A stretch of 61,244 bases of DNA, the filler included, from Dirinaria sp. TL-2023a (Eukaryota), in NCBI GenBank assembly GCA_051941275.1. It is 9 parts of 9 records of this genome, joined end to end, with 100 filler letters (N's around TTAATTAATTAA, not from the genome) between each part and the next. Parts side by side here need not be neighbours in the genome. Positions count along the whole stretch, not along the records: positions 54,553 to 61,244 come from JAVEBF010001434.1; 8 more parts are not named here. One strand, given 5' to 3'. The notes under the pieces are model-generated. The model was not told the DNA's origin and ran no database searches. It worked only from the letters and a program-made list of their open reading frames with translations. Shown here piece by piece: positions 60,750 to 61,244 of the stretch. Position numbers and translations under genes: made by a program. Position 1 is the stretch's first letter; each line of letters starts with the position of its first letter.

Positions 60750-61244
60750 CTTTTCGAAAGCAGTAGATAGATAGTGGGCTCGACGGGCTTTGGGGCTTTG
60801 GCCTCCCGCTTCCTTTGGTTTGCTGTTGGCTACGAATAAAGTCTGTTTTCTCATGTTGTTCTTAGATAGTTGCAAGCGAAATAGGTCTGCGGAAGGAAAG
60901 GACATGACAATTATTTCCTTATTCCATCCTCCCTAGACTGTTCCCCTTTGGTCAGTAGTATATCCCCACTTCTCCTCCTCATTCTTATCTCCCTCACCCA
61001 AACAAAAAAAGAAAATTTTTTTTTTTTAAAATTGTGTCCGGACGTAAACAAATACATCACAGTCAAACTTCCGTCCGAATAAACATCGAAAATAAGCTTT
61101 TTTCCGAACGCCAAGAGACGCTAAATGCACTTTTAGCGTCGAGACCAGGGGGATGTGTGGTGGGTGTTCATGAACTTACCTAGAGTTGAATTTACGAGAT
61201 AAGGTAGATCGAATTTTTCCTTTTTTTGGCAGAGGGAGGGAAGG

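Overview
Eukaryotic (filamentous ascomycete, Pezizomycotina) DNA with short spliceosomal introns. It is not one locus: eight artificial 100-nt linkers (N44-TTAATTAATTAA-N44) join nine contigs. The seven complete contigs are sorted by decreasing length (6724, 6720, 6719, 6717, 6716, 6715, 6714 nt), so adjacency across linkers has no biological meaning. Housekeeping genes, built by hand: DHFR (5'-partial), THI6, eIF5, TTI1 (3' end), a GFA/CENP-V protein, an Nnk1-like kinase, a SERCA Ca2+-ATPase, 14-3-3, PAF-acetylhydrolase, a Poa1-type macrodomain protein, an MFS transporter and a Bem3-like RhoGAP. Accessory genes: an M35-like HEXXH protease, small secreted proteins, a peptidase C45/IAT-like protein, two SDRs, a Zn2Cys6 factor and a JmjN/JmjC protein. 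I see no convincing multi-gene novel system. The best leads are single-locus: a KDM4-like protein that has lost two Fe ligands, a macrodomain with Pro repeats plus an NLS-like motif and an acidic tail, poor-context uORFs in the eIF5 leader, a 19-aa RhoGAP duplication with only synonymous changes, a structured RNA candidate in the last SERCA intron, and two MITE-like inverted-repeat elements. All family calls come from motif recognition, not database searches.
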